This document shows, in pieces, positions 43,171 to 56,419 of a DNA stretch of 64,000 nt (within the stretch, counting starts at the first letter, position 1; each line of letters opens with the position of its first letter). The stretch lies in the NCBI RefSeq assembly GCF_009914755.1, contig NC_060928.1, one strand, 5' to 3'. Origin of the DNA: the human T2T-CHM13v2.0 reference genome, Homo sapiens. Under the pieces are notes generated by a model that saw nothing but the letters and a program-made list of their open reading frames with translations, was not told where the DNA came from and searched no databases. The position numbers and the translations under genes were made by a program.

Positions 43171-44598
43171 CCCTATATGTCCATGAAGCTGTCTATGGTA
43201 CTGGATTATAGTCATCTCTCACTTATTGCCTTAGAGCCTAGGCCTCAGATGGTGACCTAATACCTGCCTTAAAACTTACTTTTCCTGACTCCAATTAACC
43301 TCCATAGCTAGTTGCCAGCCCTACCTTTGGTCTTCCTTAATTTAGATCACAATTAAAACCAGCTTCCCACTGAGAAGTTCCTCAAACCTACAGCTCAGTT
43401 CTCTGGCCTGTTTCCTCATATTGCCGTGCTTGTTGCTTTCCTTTTGAACTTTGATGATGAAAGAGGGAAGTCTGTAAAACTTCCAGTTCCAAAATGATGG
43501 TGTAGAAGCAAGCTGGCTTTACTACCCCAAAAGAAAACCAAAATCAAATATACAGTACCAAGATTATCACCAGCAATATACAAGAACACAAATATGAAAA
43601 GGAGACAGTTCTCAGGGGCCACAGAGAACTGAAAAACTCTGAGAAGAAAGTAAAGAATTAGCCTTTCATATCTGAGATACTTCTCTTCCCAATCTGCCCA
43701 GAACCAAGTACATGGAAAATTTCCCCCATCTCACAGTTTCTAAACTGAAAAAAGTAAGATTGAGTTGAATAACCAAATTCTCCACCATCTGGGGATCCCT
43801 GGAAGTAGACATGTCCCTGTCTCAACCCATGAGAAGCATTGAGAGTGCCTAAAAGAAGAAATGTCCTGAGGATAGCCAGAGACAAAGGAGAGAGGCAGGA
43901 TTACCATCCCCAGCCCTGGAAACTCTGCTTTTTAATTCAGCCAAAGGAGGTGGCAAATTAGAGTGGCTGTTCAGCAGCCCTATGCTGTAGGAGGTTTGTT
44001 CCACAGGTACCCTGAGCATGAACCCCTAGAAAGCCATCCCACACTACCAGGATATCCCATTTGGGATCTCTCCCATATGGGATGGGTGGTGATTGCTTAC
44101 TAGAATTGAGGCAAACCTGGGCAGAAGGTGTCATTTAGTGTTGAAAAGGAGGCAGCAACCTGGGGGACAAAAAGAAAATAATCTAATAAATTATAAAGAC
44201 TGCCTAAGGAAACATATCCAATAAAAACCAAAGCAAGCCAGACAAAGAAGACTGGAATAAATAACCAACTTTTCAATGCAAATACATAGATGTACATACA
44301 CAAGAAACAACAGCAAGCAGGGGGCTATGACTTTCCCCTGAAAAAAGCAATTCAGTAATTAAAGAAATTTAACGAAGAGATTGAAGTAATAGGATGAAAA
44401 TCAAACAGAAATCTTGAAACTGAGAAATACATTTGCTGAGTTGAAAAATTCACTGGAGGCTCTCAACAGTGCAATGAATCAGAGGAAAGAATCAGTGAGC
44501 TAGAAGATAAGCTATTTGAAAATATATAGTGAAAAGAGAAAAAAAAAAGAATGAAAAGAAACAAAGATTGCCTGTAAGATATAAAAAATGACATCAAC

Positions 44599-44712
44599 TC
44601 GCTTGAGCCTAGGAAGTCAAGGCTGCAGTGAGTGATAATTGAACCACTGCAATCCAGCCTAGGTGTTAGAGCAAGACCCTGTAAAAAAGAAAAGAAAAAG
44701 ATGATAGAAAAA
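44599..44712 (+). mobile_element. AluJ 3' fragment inside L1 ORF1
   Basis: tcgcttgagcctaggaagtcaaggctgcagtgag...gcaagaccctgt plus A-rich tail. Flanks aaaatgacatcaa / aaaattacctcaa. Confidence 0.8.
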
Positions 44713-47507
44713 GAAAATTACCTCAAAATACTAAATCTAAGAACAATCAGCATTCAAGATAGACTTGAGCAAGAGCAAGGGGTAGAAAGCTTATTCAAAG
44801 AAAGAATAACGGAAAACTTTTCAAATCTTGAGAAAAAGATAAATATCCAGGTACAGGAAAGCCAGAGAACATTAAACAGATGCAACCCAAATAAAACTAC
44901 CTCAAGGCATATAATAATCAACCTCTTTGTCAAGAACAAAGTGAGGATCCAGAAAGCAGCAAGAGAAAAGAAGCAAATAACATATAACAGAGCTCTAATT
45001 GGTGTGGCAATCAACTTCTCAATGGAAACCATACAGGCCAGTGGGGAGGGAGATGACATTTTCAAAGTGTTGAAAGCAAAAAAAAAAAAAAACTCTGCCA
45101 TTCAAGAATACTGTATTCAGCTAAGTTATCCTTTAAATATGAAGGAGAGATAAAGTTTTTACCAGACAAACAAAAGGTGGGAGAATTCACCACCACCAGA
45201 CTCATCTTACAAGAAATGCTAAAGGGTGTTCTTCAATCTGAAAGAAAAAGAAAACTAACATACAAAAATAAAAAAAAATGAAGGTATAAAACTCACTGGT
45301 AAAACTAAGTACAGAAAAACCCAGAATACTCTAATACTGTAATTGTCAGGTGCAATTCATTCATAACTCTAGTATGAAGCCCAAAAGACAAATCTATTTA
45401 AAACAATGATGACTACAACAACCTGTCAAGATATATGACATATAAAATATGCACATTGAGACAACAGAAAGCCAAAATTGGGGTAGAGGGGATGGAGTTA
45501 AAGTTTAGAGATTTTTCCACTTTTTGTTTGTTTCTATTTTTTTCATTGAGCTCTAAGATAAGTTGTCAACTATTTAAAATAGTCATACCTATATGATGTT
45601 TTTTGTAACCCTCATGGTAACCACAATGTAAACCTATATTTATTCACTAAATGTAAAAAGCAGTAAATTAAAACATGCTACCAGAGAAAAGCACTTAACA
45701 AAAAAGCAGAGAAGAAAGGAGTTACAAATCACCCAGAAAACAAGCAACAAAATGGCAGTACTAAGTCCTCACCTATCAGTAATAACACAATGTAAATGGA
45801 CTCAATTCTTCAGTTAAGAGAAACACAGTGGCCCAATGAATAAATAAATAAGACCCAATTATATGCTGCCTATAGGAAACCCACTTCACCTATAAAGACA
45901 CACACAGACTTAAAGTGAAGGAGTGGAAAAAGATATTCCAGGCAACTGAAAACCAAAAAAGAGCAGGAGTAGCTGTACATGTATCAGATAAAATAGACTA
46001 CAAATCAGAGACTGTCAAAACAGACTAAGAAGGTCAGTAGATAATGATAAAGGGATTAATTTAGCAAAAGAATATAAGACTTATAAATATCCACGTACCA
46101 AACACTGGTGCTACCAAATATATAAAGTAAACATTAATAGATTTAAAGGCAGGGATAGACTGCAATACAATCATAGTATGGGACTTCAGCACATCATTCT
46201 CAGTAATGGACAGATCATCCAGACAGAAAATCAACAAAGAAACATCAGAGTTAAACCACACACTAGATCAAATAGTTCTAACTAACATTTAGAGGACATT
46301 TCACCCAACTGCTGCAGAATACACATTCTTTTCATAAGCACATGGAACATTTTCCAGAATAGACCAAATCTTAGTCCACAAAAAAGTCTTAACATATTCA
46401 GAAAAGTAGAAATCACAACAACTATCTTTTCCTGACCACAATGGAATAAAACTAGAAATCAACAAGAGGAACCTCAGAAACTACACAAACACATGAAAAT
46501 TAAACAATATGTTCCTGAATCGCCAATGGGTCAATGACAAAATTAAGAAGAAAATTTAAAATTTTCTTGAAACAAATGAGAATGGAAACACAACATACTA
46601 AAATCTCTGGGATACAATAAATGCAGTGCAAAGAGACAAGTTTATAGCAATAAATGCCTATATAAAAAAAGTAGAAAGACTTCAAATAAACAATCCGATG
46701 ATGCACCTCAAAGACCTAGAAAGGCAAGAAGTCAAATCCAACAATAGTAGAAGGAAAGAAATAATAAAGATCGGAGCAGAAATAAATGAAATTGAGACTA
46801 CAAACCCCCCAAAATCAACAAAACAAAAGGTGGTTTTTTAAAAAGATAAAATTGAGAAAACTTTTGCTAGACCAACTAAGAAAAAAAAGAGAAGACTCAA
46901 AAAAAATTCAGAAATTAAAAAGAAGACAGAACAACGTAGACCTAGAAATATAAAGAATTTTTAGAGACTATTATGAAAGAATTTATACCAACAAATATGA
47001 AGACTCAGAAGAAATGGATAAATATCTGGACATATACAACCTACCAAGATTGAATCATGAAATAGAAAACTTCAACAAACAAACAGTGAGTAATGAGATT
47101 AAAGCCATTAAAAAAAAAAAGCCTCCCATGAAAGAAAAGCCTGGGACCTGATGGCTTTACTCATAAATTCTACCAAATGTTTAAAGAAGAACTAATACAA
47201 ATTCTACTCAAATTCTTCAAGAAAACTTAAGAAGAGGGATACTTCCAAAAACTTATGCTATGAAGCCATCATTACCCTAATACTAAAGCGAGACAAGGAC
47301 ACAACAACAAAAGAAAACTACAGGCCAGTATCACTGAAGAACATAGATGCAAAAATTCTTAACAAAGCAAAACAAACTCCAAAACACATTAAAAAGCTGT
47401 TTTACCATGATTAAGTCAGATTCATTCCAGAGTTGCAAGGATAGTTCAACACACAAAAATCAAGAAACATGATACATCACAGAAGCAGAATCAAGAACAA
47501 ATAATTG

Positions 47508-47869
<362 letters not shown>

Positions 47870-48562
47870 TTAGGAAAAAACCCCATACAATCTGGATAGA
47901 AAGGAAACATACCTTAAATTAATAAAGTCCAAACATGGCAAATCCACAGCTAACATCAGACTGAATGCGGAACAATTGAAAGCCTTTCCTCTAAGATCTA
48001 TAACAAGACAAGTATGCCCACTTTCATCACCTTTATTCAACATAATACTGAAAATCCTGACCAGAGCAATTAGGCAAATAAAATGAAGGGCGTCCAAAAT
48101 GGAAAAAAAAAAAGTCCAATTAGCCTTGTTCGTAGATAACATAAAATTGTACTTTAAAAAGCCTAAAGATTCCACCAAGAAACAGTGAAAACCAATAAAT
48201 AATTCCATTTACAATAGCTACAAAATACTTAGGAATCAATTTAACCAAGAAGTGAAACACCTACACAAGAAATATATAAAATACTGATGAGTTAAGTTGA
48301 AGAGGATACAAAAAAAGGAAAGATATTCCATGCTCATGGATTGGAAGAATTAATATTGTTAAGTTGGCAATATAATTCAAAGCAATTTGCAGATTCAGTG
48401 CAATTCCTATTAAAATACCACTGACATTTTTCACAGAAATAGAAAAACAGTCTTACATTTTTATGGAATCACAAAAGATGCCAAGTAGCCAAAGCATTCC
48501 TTAGCAATAAATGACAAAACTAGAGGCATCACACTACCTGACTTAAAAATATACTACAAAGC

Positions 48563-49990
48563 GCTCTCCCTCTCCCTCTCCCGCTCCCTCTCCCGCTCCC
48601 TCTCCCTCTCACTCTCCCTCGTCTCCGTCTCCCGCTTTCCACTCTCTCCCCCTCTCCCTCGTCTCCGTCTCCCGCTTTCCATGGTCTCCCTCTGTTGCCG
48701 AGGCTGGACTGTACTGCTGCCATCTCAGCTCACTGCAACCTGCCTGCCTGATTCTCCTGCCTCAGCCTGCCGAGTGCCTGGGATTGCAGGCGCGCGCTGC
48801 CACGCCGGACTGGTTTTTGTATTTTTTGGTGGACACGGGGTTTCGCCGTGTTGGCCGGGCTGGTCTCCAGCTCCTGACCTTGAGTGATCTGCCCGCCTCG
48901 GCCTCCCGATGTCCCGGGATTGCAGACGGAGTCTCGCTCACTCAGTGCTCAATGTTGCCCAGGCTGGAGTGCAGTGGCGTGATCTCGGCTGGCTACAACC
49001 TCCACCTCCCAGCCACCTGCCTTGGCCTCCCAAAGTGCTGAGATTGCAGCCTCTGCCCAGCCGCCACCCCATCTGGGAAGTGAGGAGCGTCTCTGCCTGG
49101 CTGCCCATCATCTGGGATGTGAGGAGCCCCTCTGCCCGGCAGCCCAGTCTGGGAAGTGAGGAGCGCCTCTTCCTGGCCGTCATCCCGTCTAGGAAGTGAG
49201 GAGCCTCTTTGCCTGGCCGCCCATCATCTGGGATGTGGGGAGCGCCTCTGCCTGGCCGCCCCGTCTGGGATGTGAGGGGCGCCTCTGCCCGGCCACCCCC
49301 GTCTGGGAGGTGAGGAGCGTCTCTACCCGGCCGCCACCCCGTCTGGGAGGTGAGGAGCGCCTCTGCCCGGCGGCGACCCCATCTGGGAACTGAGGAGCGC
49401 CTCTGCCCGGCCACCACATCTGGGAAGTGAGGGGCCCCTCTGCCCAGCACCACCCCGTCTGGGAGGTGTACCCAACAGCTCATTGAGAACAGGCCATGAT
49501 GACGATGGCGGTTTTGTCGAATAGAAAAGGGGGAAACGTGGGGAAAAGAAAGAGAGATCAAATTGTTACTGTGTCTGTGTAGAAAGAAGTAGACATAGGA
49601 GACTCCATTTTGTTCTGTACTAAGAAAAATTCTTCTGCCTTGGGATCCTGTTGATCTGTGACCTTACCCCCAACCCTGTGCTCTCTGAAACATGTGCTGT
49701 GTCCACTCAGGGTTAAATGGATTAAGGGCGGTGCAAGATGTGCTTTGTTAAACAGATGCTTGAAGGCAGCATGCTCGTTAAGAGTCATCACCACTCCCTA
49801 ATCTCAAGTACCCAGGGACACAAACACTGCGGAAGGCCGCAGGGTCCTCTGCCTAGGAAAACCAGAGACCTTTGTTCACATGTTTATCTGCGGACCTTCT
49901 CTCCACTATTGTCCTATGACCCTGCCAAATCCCCCTCTCCGAGAAACACCCAAGAATGATCAATAAATACTAAAAAAATTAAAAATATAT
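48563..49990 (+). mobile_element. Full-structure SVA retrotransposon, older subfamily (SVA_B-like)
   Basis: (CCCTCT)n head, antisense Alu-like domain, short VNTR at about 49050-49465, SINE-R with AATAAA near 49962. TSD atatactacaaagc at 48549-48562 and 49991-50004. Confidence 0.96.
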
Positions 49991-52735
49991 ATATACTACA
50001 AAGCTATAGTAATCAAAACAACATGGTTTACAGTCATAAAAACAGAAACGTAGACCAATGGAACATAATGGAGAACCCAGATATACATTTATGTATTTAC
50101 AGCCGACTCATTTTTTACAAAGATGCCAAGAACATACAATAGGGAAAGGACAGTCTCTTTAATAAATGATGCTGGAAAACTGGATAATCATATGCAGAAG
50201 AATGAAACTAGACCCCTATGTCTCACCACATACAAAAAATCAAATCAATATGCATTGAAGACTTAAATCTAAGACCTATCAAACTATGAAACTACTAGAA
50301 GAAATCATGGAAATCCTCCAGGATATTGTACTAGGCAAAGTTTTTTGTGTAAGACCTCAAAAGCACAGGCAACCAAAGCAAAAAATGGGCAGATGGGATT
50401 ACATCAAACTAAAAATCTTATCACACACACATCAACACAGTAAAAAACCCACAGAATGCAAGAAAATATTTGCAAACTACCCATCTGAAAAAAGATTAAT
50501 AACCAAAATATATAAGGAGCTCAAACAACTCAATAGTGGAAAAAAACCCAAATAATCCAATTAAACAATAGGCAAAACTTCTGAATAGACATTTCTCAAG
50601 AGAAGCCATACAAATGGCCAAGAGGTATGTGAAAAAGTGCTCAACATCTCTGATCATCAGAGAAATGCAACTCAAAACCAAAAATAAGATATCATCTCAC
50701 CACAGTTAAAATACCTTTTATCAAAGATATAGGGAATAATGAATGCTGGCTAGGATGCAGAGAAAAAGGAACACATGTACACTGTTTTTGGGAATGTAAA
50801 TTAGTACAGCCACTATGAAAAACACTGTAAAGTTTCCTCAGAAAAACAAAAAATAGAACTACCATTTGATTCAGCAATTTCACTTCTGGGTATATATCCA
50901 AAAGATGGGATATCAATATATTGAAGAGATATCTACACTCCCACATTTATTGAAGCACTATTTACAATAGCCAAAATATGAAATCAATCTTTAAGTGTCC
51001 ATCAATGGATGAATAAAAAATGTGGCATATATACACAATGGAATATTACTCAGCTATTAAAAAGGAAAGAAATCCTGTCATTTGCAGCAACATGAATGAA
51101 ACTGGAGATAATTATGTTAAGTAAGTGAAGCACAGAAAGACAAATATATTGCATGTTTTCATTTATATATGGGAGCTAAAAAAGTGGATCTCATGAAGAT
51201 AGAGAGTAAATTGGTGATTACCAGAAGCCAGAAAGGGGAGGGGAGAAGGGGATGAGGAGAGGTTGACTAATGAATACAAATATATAGTTTAATAGAAGAC
51301 ATAAATCTAGCTTTTGATAGATTAGTAGGGTGACTGTGTTCTACAATAATCTATTGTATATTTCAAACTAGCTAGAAGAGAACAATTTAAATGTTTCTAG
51401 CATCAAGAAAATACAAGTATTTAAGGTGACTTAAGGTGATCAATTACACTGATCTAATCTTCACAAATTAAATAAATATACAAAATTATCACATGCACCC
51501 TCAAAATATTTACATCTCTTCTATATCAATGAAATAAAGAAAACAGAGTTTTTTAAAAGAAGGAAGACTGTAGAAGTTGAAGGGAAGACAGGAACAGATG
51601 TGCCAGCTGTCGAGGTTTGACTTCTTAATAGGCTTTAGTTAGAGTCTAATCTTTCCCTAGGATTCCTTTTGCAAATTAGATAAACTATACTGTGTCCAAG
51701 AAATAAACTCTACTTTGGCAAAATTCAAATAATATAACCATATTTCTTCTAAATACAAGTGTATAGCATCAGGAATTGGGTATAAATAGAATATTACTTT
51801 ATCATTCAGGAAAAGAAAAGTTTAATCAGCTGTCAAAAGGTACTGAACTAAAGCTTAATGATTTATATTAGTATTTCCAGATTATATAAACTTAGCATAG
51901 GCGGGTATATAAAAAAGTTCATGGAGATGAAAAGTCTATTTGTGGTCCTAATTATTTTAAATTTGAAAATAATGAGCTACATGGAAAGTCAGAACAAAAA
52001 CAAGCTTAAAAGAAAAGGAAAATGCTGGTTAGGAGGAGAGAGTTTCAGAGAATTAGATGAAATAAATTCAGAAATGTTTTGGGCCAAAATACCATCACCA
52101 CTGTTGTTTGAATAACAATTTAAATGGCCTTTTCTATTGCCATTATTTATCTCTCTTTTCTCTCTATCAGGAGACAGTGATTTGTCTGAAACATGCTACT
52201 ACCTTGTTTAAAAAATCTACTATTCTTCAAATTCTAACGAATTAAGTTTGAAATCCATTGCATGACATACAGTCTTACTTTTTAAGATTTATCTCCGATT
52301 TATCTCTATTTGCATATATTTAGATGTAAAATAGATCTTCCTGACTGTGCAAGGCACTTTTGCTCTCCCAGGCCTTTGGTTAGGTTATTTTCCAACGCAA
52401 CAGTGCCTTTATATTCCTTTCATGGCTGGAGGAATCTTACGTATTCTTTAAGGTAAACTCAAAAGTCACTCCCTGTGAAAGGCACTAATTCAAATGGGAT
52501 TTTTAAAAGTTCTCCTCATTAACCAAGGTAAAGATTTTAAAACATATAAGCTAGTATTTGTAACATACATGTAATATTTGCAAATGAAAACATGGCATGC
52601 TTGTATAGAGTTTCTCAATGCAAGAATTTAAGTCATTTAATAAATATAAAGAAAGAATTGTCTGTACCTCCAGAGTAGCTGCTATGGTAACACAAACCTA
52701 GCATCTTACAAAACAAAATAAAAAAAAACAGTGGG

Positions 52736-53381
<646 letters not shown>

Positions 53382-55261
53382 GTGGGAAAATAAAATAAAA
53401 TTAAGTGTGACGATATAATCAAAGTACATATTATATTACATGCATGTAACAAAATACCCACAGACACCATAAAAATGTGCAAATATTATATATCTATAAA
53501 AATACACAAAAAACCCTGCTTAAATTCCACTGGAGGATTAACATACCAATAGCTCCTAAGAGTACATTATGCTTATCCAGATGTTTACAATGGCCAGAAA
53601 TAAACTAAGGGCAACTGAAGCAATTCCTTGCTTTTGGAACTGTTAAAAAAAAATTTGCAAGATGTATTTAATTACTGACAATTTTTTTTTTTAAATGAAC
53701 TCAGACAGATGCAGTTGTTCAGCTAAAGGGCTCGTTGATAGAACTGGTAAGTTATGCTTCACTCTGCTTTTAAAGATGGCTGTTAATGTGACTGATGTTT
53801 CTTGCTAACATGGTGAAATATAGTGAATCCTGATGGTTTCTTTAGCAGCTGGGTAGTAAATCTAGCAGCCAATCCAAGTTCTTATTTGTCTTGATGTTTC
53901 TTGTTTTATAGCTAGTGTAATGAAAAGCTAAGCATTCAAATAATAGGCCTGCTTACTGAGTCCACTGGCAGGTTCTGATTGGCTGGCAGACAGGCTTCCC
54001 TGTTCTAGGAAAGACATGCAAAATCCAGACCTCTTATGTTCTAGGAAAGAAAAATGTTGTTGATGACTGGCCCACAGGCCATAATTAAGAAAGAGTCTGA
54101 AGCATGATGGATATATTTTTAAAAATTTATGCTAGCATTGGAGCCATCTAATTCAAAAGTATGAAAATGAAGGCATAAAAGTAAGAGATATATTTTGTAT
54201 TTGTTACCCTGGACATACCAGGCATTACATATCTGTTGCTTTCTATGAATGATTAGCCCAAAGCATGGCAAAGGAAACACTGAATGATTTATGAACTTAT
54301 TGTTAGTTTTCATTTTAGATGATATTTTTCCATCAATTATGAAAATGTAAGAAGATATACAGAGCTTTATGCAGGATTATTTCCATAAAGCTTAATGGCT
54401 ATGTTTTATGATTCAGAATATAAGCATCTTAATCATTGCAATAAATATTTGTAGTAGTATGCAGTTTGGCTCATTTGCTTATTTATTTTTCCTTCCCAGT
54501 TTTTTTCATCACCTTTATATTATGCTCTTAGGGACTGTATGCCTGCTAACATCCAAAGAATTCTTGAATGAATTACATACATTAAATACTATCTTTTGTC
54601 AGTGTTATTCTAGAAATTTAATTAGAAATGAAAAATATCTTCAAACAGTTTAGAAAAGTGGGTACTTATAAATAATGTTAAAAAGCCATTCTATTTTAGA
54701 AACATTGCTTAAGGAAGGAAAAAATCTATATAAAGGCATGATGAGACCACAATTCTTTGGGGGAAGATATGATGGAAAGAAACTGCAAACTGTATGTCAT
54801 ACCAATGGAATTAAATTGAAATGTAATAGTCAATGGTTTGATGGGAAAATAACTATGACATTAAGTTGTATAAAAAGAATGACAGCCTGAAGAAACTATG
54901 AGTTTCTATCTTTATAGTTACTACTAATCAGGTTTTATACTGAAGTCATGATTGATTTGCATTCTACAGTTGATTTGTGATAGGAAAAATTTGCAATGAA
55001 ATTTAAAGAACAGTCCATTTACTGCTAATTTTGGGGGAAATTTTCTTGTGTTATACACCACAACAAAATGAATCCAGTAGTGAGATTGGAGTGGTCACCC
55101 AAAGCTGATAGAGCAGTTCATTCTTTTAAAATTTATAAGATTCCTTCTATCTCAGGTATTTCTAGTTCCTCTAGTATTTAAAAGTATAGATGTTAAGAGG
55201 ATCACTTCAGCACTTCTGGAGGTCAGAGATATTACTTATCGAATTATCTTAAGCATTAAAA

Positions 55262-55390
55262 AATATATAGAGAGATAAAGGATCTCACTATATTGCTCAG
55301 GCTAGTCTTTAACCCTTGGATTCTAGCAATCCTCCTGCCTTGACCTTGCAAAGTGCTGGGGTTACAGGCATGAGCCACCATGCCTGGTCA
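55262..55390 (-). mobile_element. FLAM / Alu left monomer
   Basis: tctcactatattgctcaggctagtc...aaagtgctggggttacaggcatgagccaccatgcctgg. Confidence 0.8.
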
Positions 55391-55519
55391 CTTGAAGCAT
55401 TTTTAATTGAATTGTATATATTGTACAAGATCAATAAAAATTGTTCATTTATAAACTAACTAGAAATATTGAATGCTGAATGCTTGTTGAGGGTCATATA
55501 GTCTGTGGTGGATATACTC

Positions 55520-56103
55520 TGTATATTATTAGTAATTTATTACTGTGGAATAAATCGTCCCGACATTTAGTATCTTAACAAAACATTTATTATTTCCTGG
55601 TTTCTGTGTGTTAGGCATCTATGGGTGGCTTACCTGGGTGCCTCTGCCATAAAGTCTTTAACAAGACTGTAATCGAGATGGCAGACAGGGCAGTGTTCTC
55701 ATCTGAAGGCTTGACTGGAGGAGATTCAATTTCAAGTTCGTTTGTGTGACTGTTGGCAGGACTCAGTCCTCCATAGGCTTTTGGACTAAGGTCTCAATTC
55801 CTCACTGGCTGGTGGCTGGTAGCCTCCTTCAGTTCACAGCCACATGAATTTCTCCATAGGGCAGTTCATAAGAGAGTGGCTGCTTTCCTCAGAATGAGTG
55901 AATGGGCAGCAACACAGGGCATCAAGATGGAAGCTACAGTCTCTTTTTAACATAACCTTGAAAGTAACAATCATTTCTGCATATGCTGTTAGTTAGAAGT
56001 GAGTTACTAATTCCAGCCTGCACTCAAGAGAAGGGTATTACACAAAGTCATGAATAGCAGAAGGTGGGGATCACTGGGGGTTATCTTAGAGGTTGCTCAC
56101 CAT
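55520..56103 (-). mobile_element. MLT1 (F-like) MaLR LTR
   Basis: aaaacatttattatttc...tcatctgaaggcttgactgg...ggggatcactgggggttatcttagaggttgctcacca. Confidence 0.75.
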
Positions 56104-56419
56104 GTGCCCAGTTATACGTGAAGAAATACTCAGAGTTTTAGTAACATTTTTAAGCAAAATGAGTAGTACATTTAGGAACTGGAGTCAAAATTGTTATCTT
56201 ATTGATTTCAAAGTCCAGAGTATTTACATTGCAATACATTGCACTCCTATGGTAATAAAAAAATAAGTTTAAATGATCTGAGGAAGCACTGGAACAAGTC
56301 AAAGAATCAATATTAATAAGATTTTTTTTCAAAATGAGCTAGGTTGTACTTTAAGAGGTCATCCCAAACATGAATGTACTATTTGTATTTGTAGATTAGA
56401 AAAAAGCAAATGTAGAAGG

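Noticed and set aside
44632-45153. 173-aa ORF as a domesticated gene
   Set aside because: It is an L1 ORF1p remnant fused by chance to an Alu fragment. It has a GTG start, frameshifts at the A-run, and the surrounding L1 is riddled with stops.
49050-49465. Repeat-spacer-like array resembling a CRISPR
   Set aside because: It is the SVA VNTR: units are similar along their whole length, with no unique spacers and no cas genes, in primate DNA.
48681-49959. ORFs of up to 207 aa with repetitive peptides
   Set aside because: Translations of the SVA Alu-like, VNTR and SINE-R domains.
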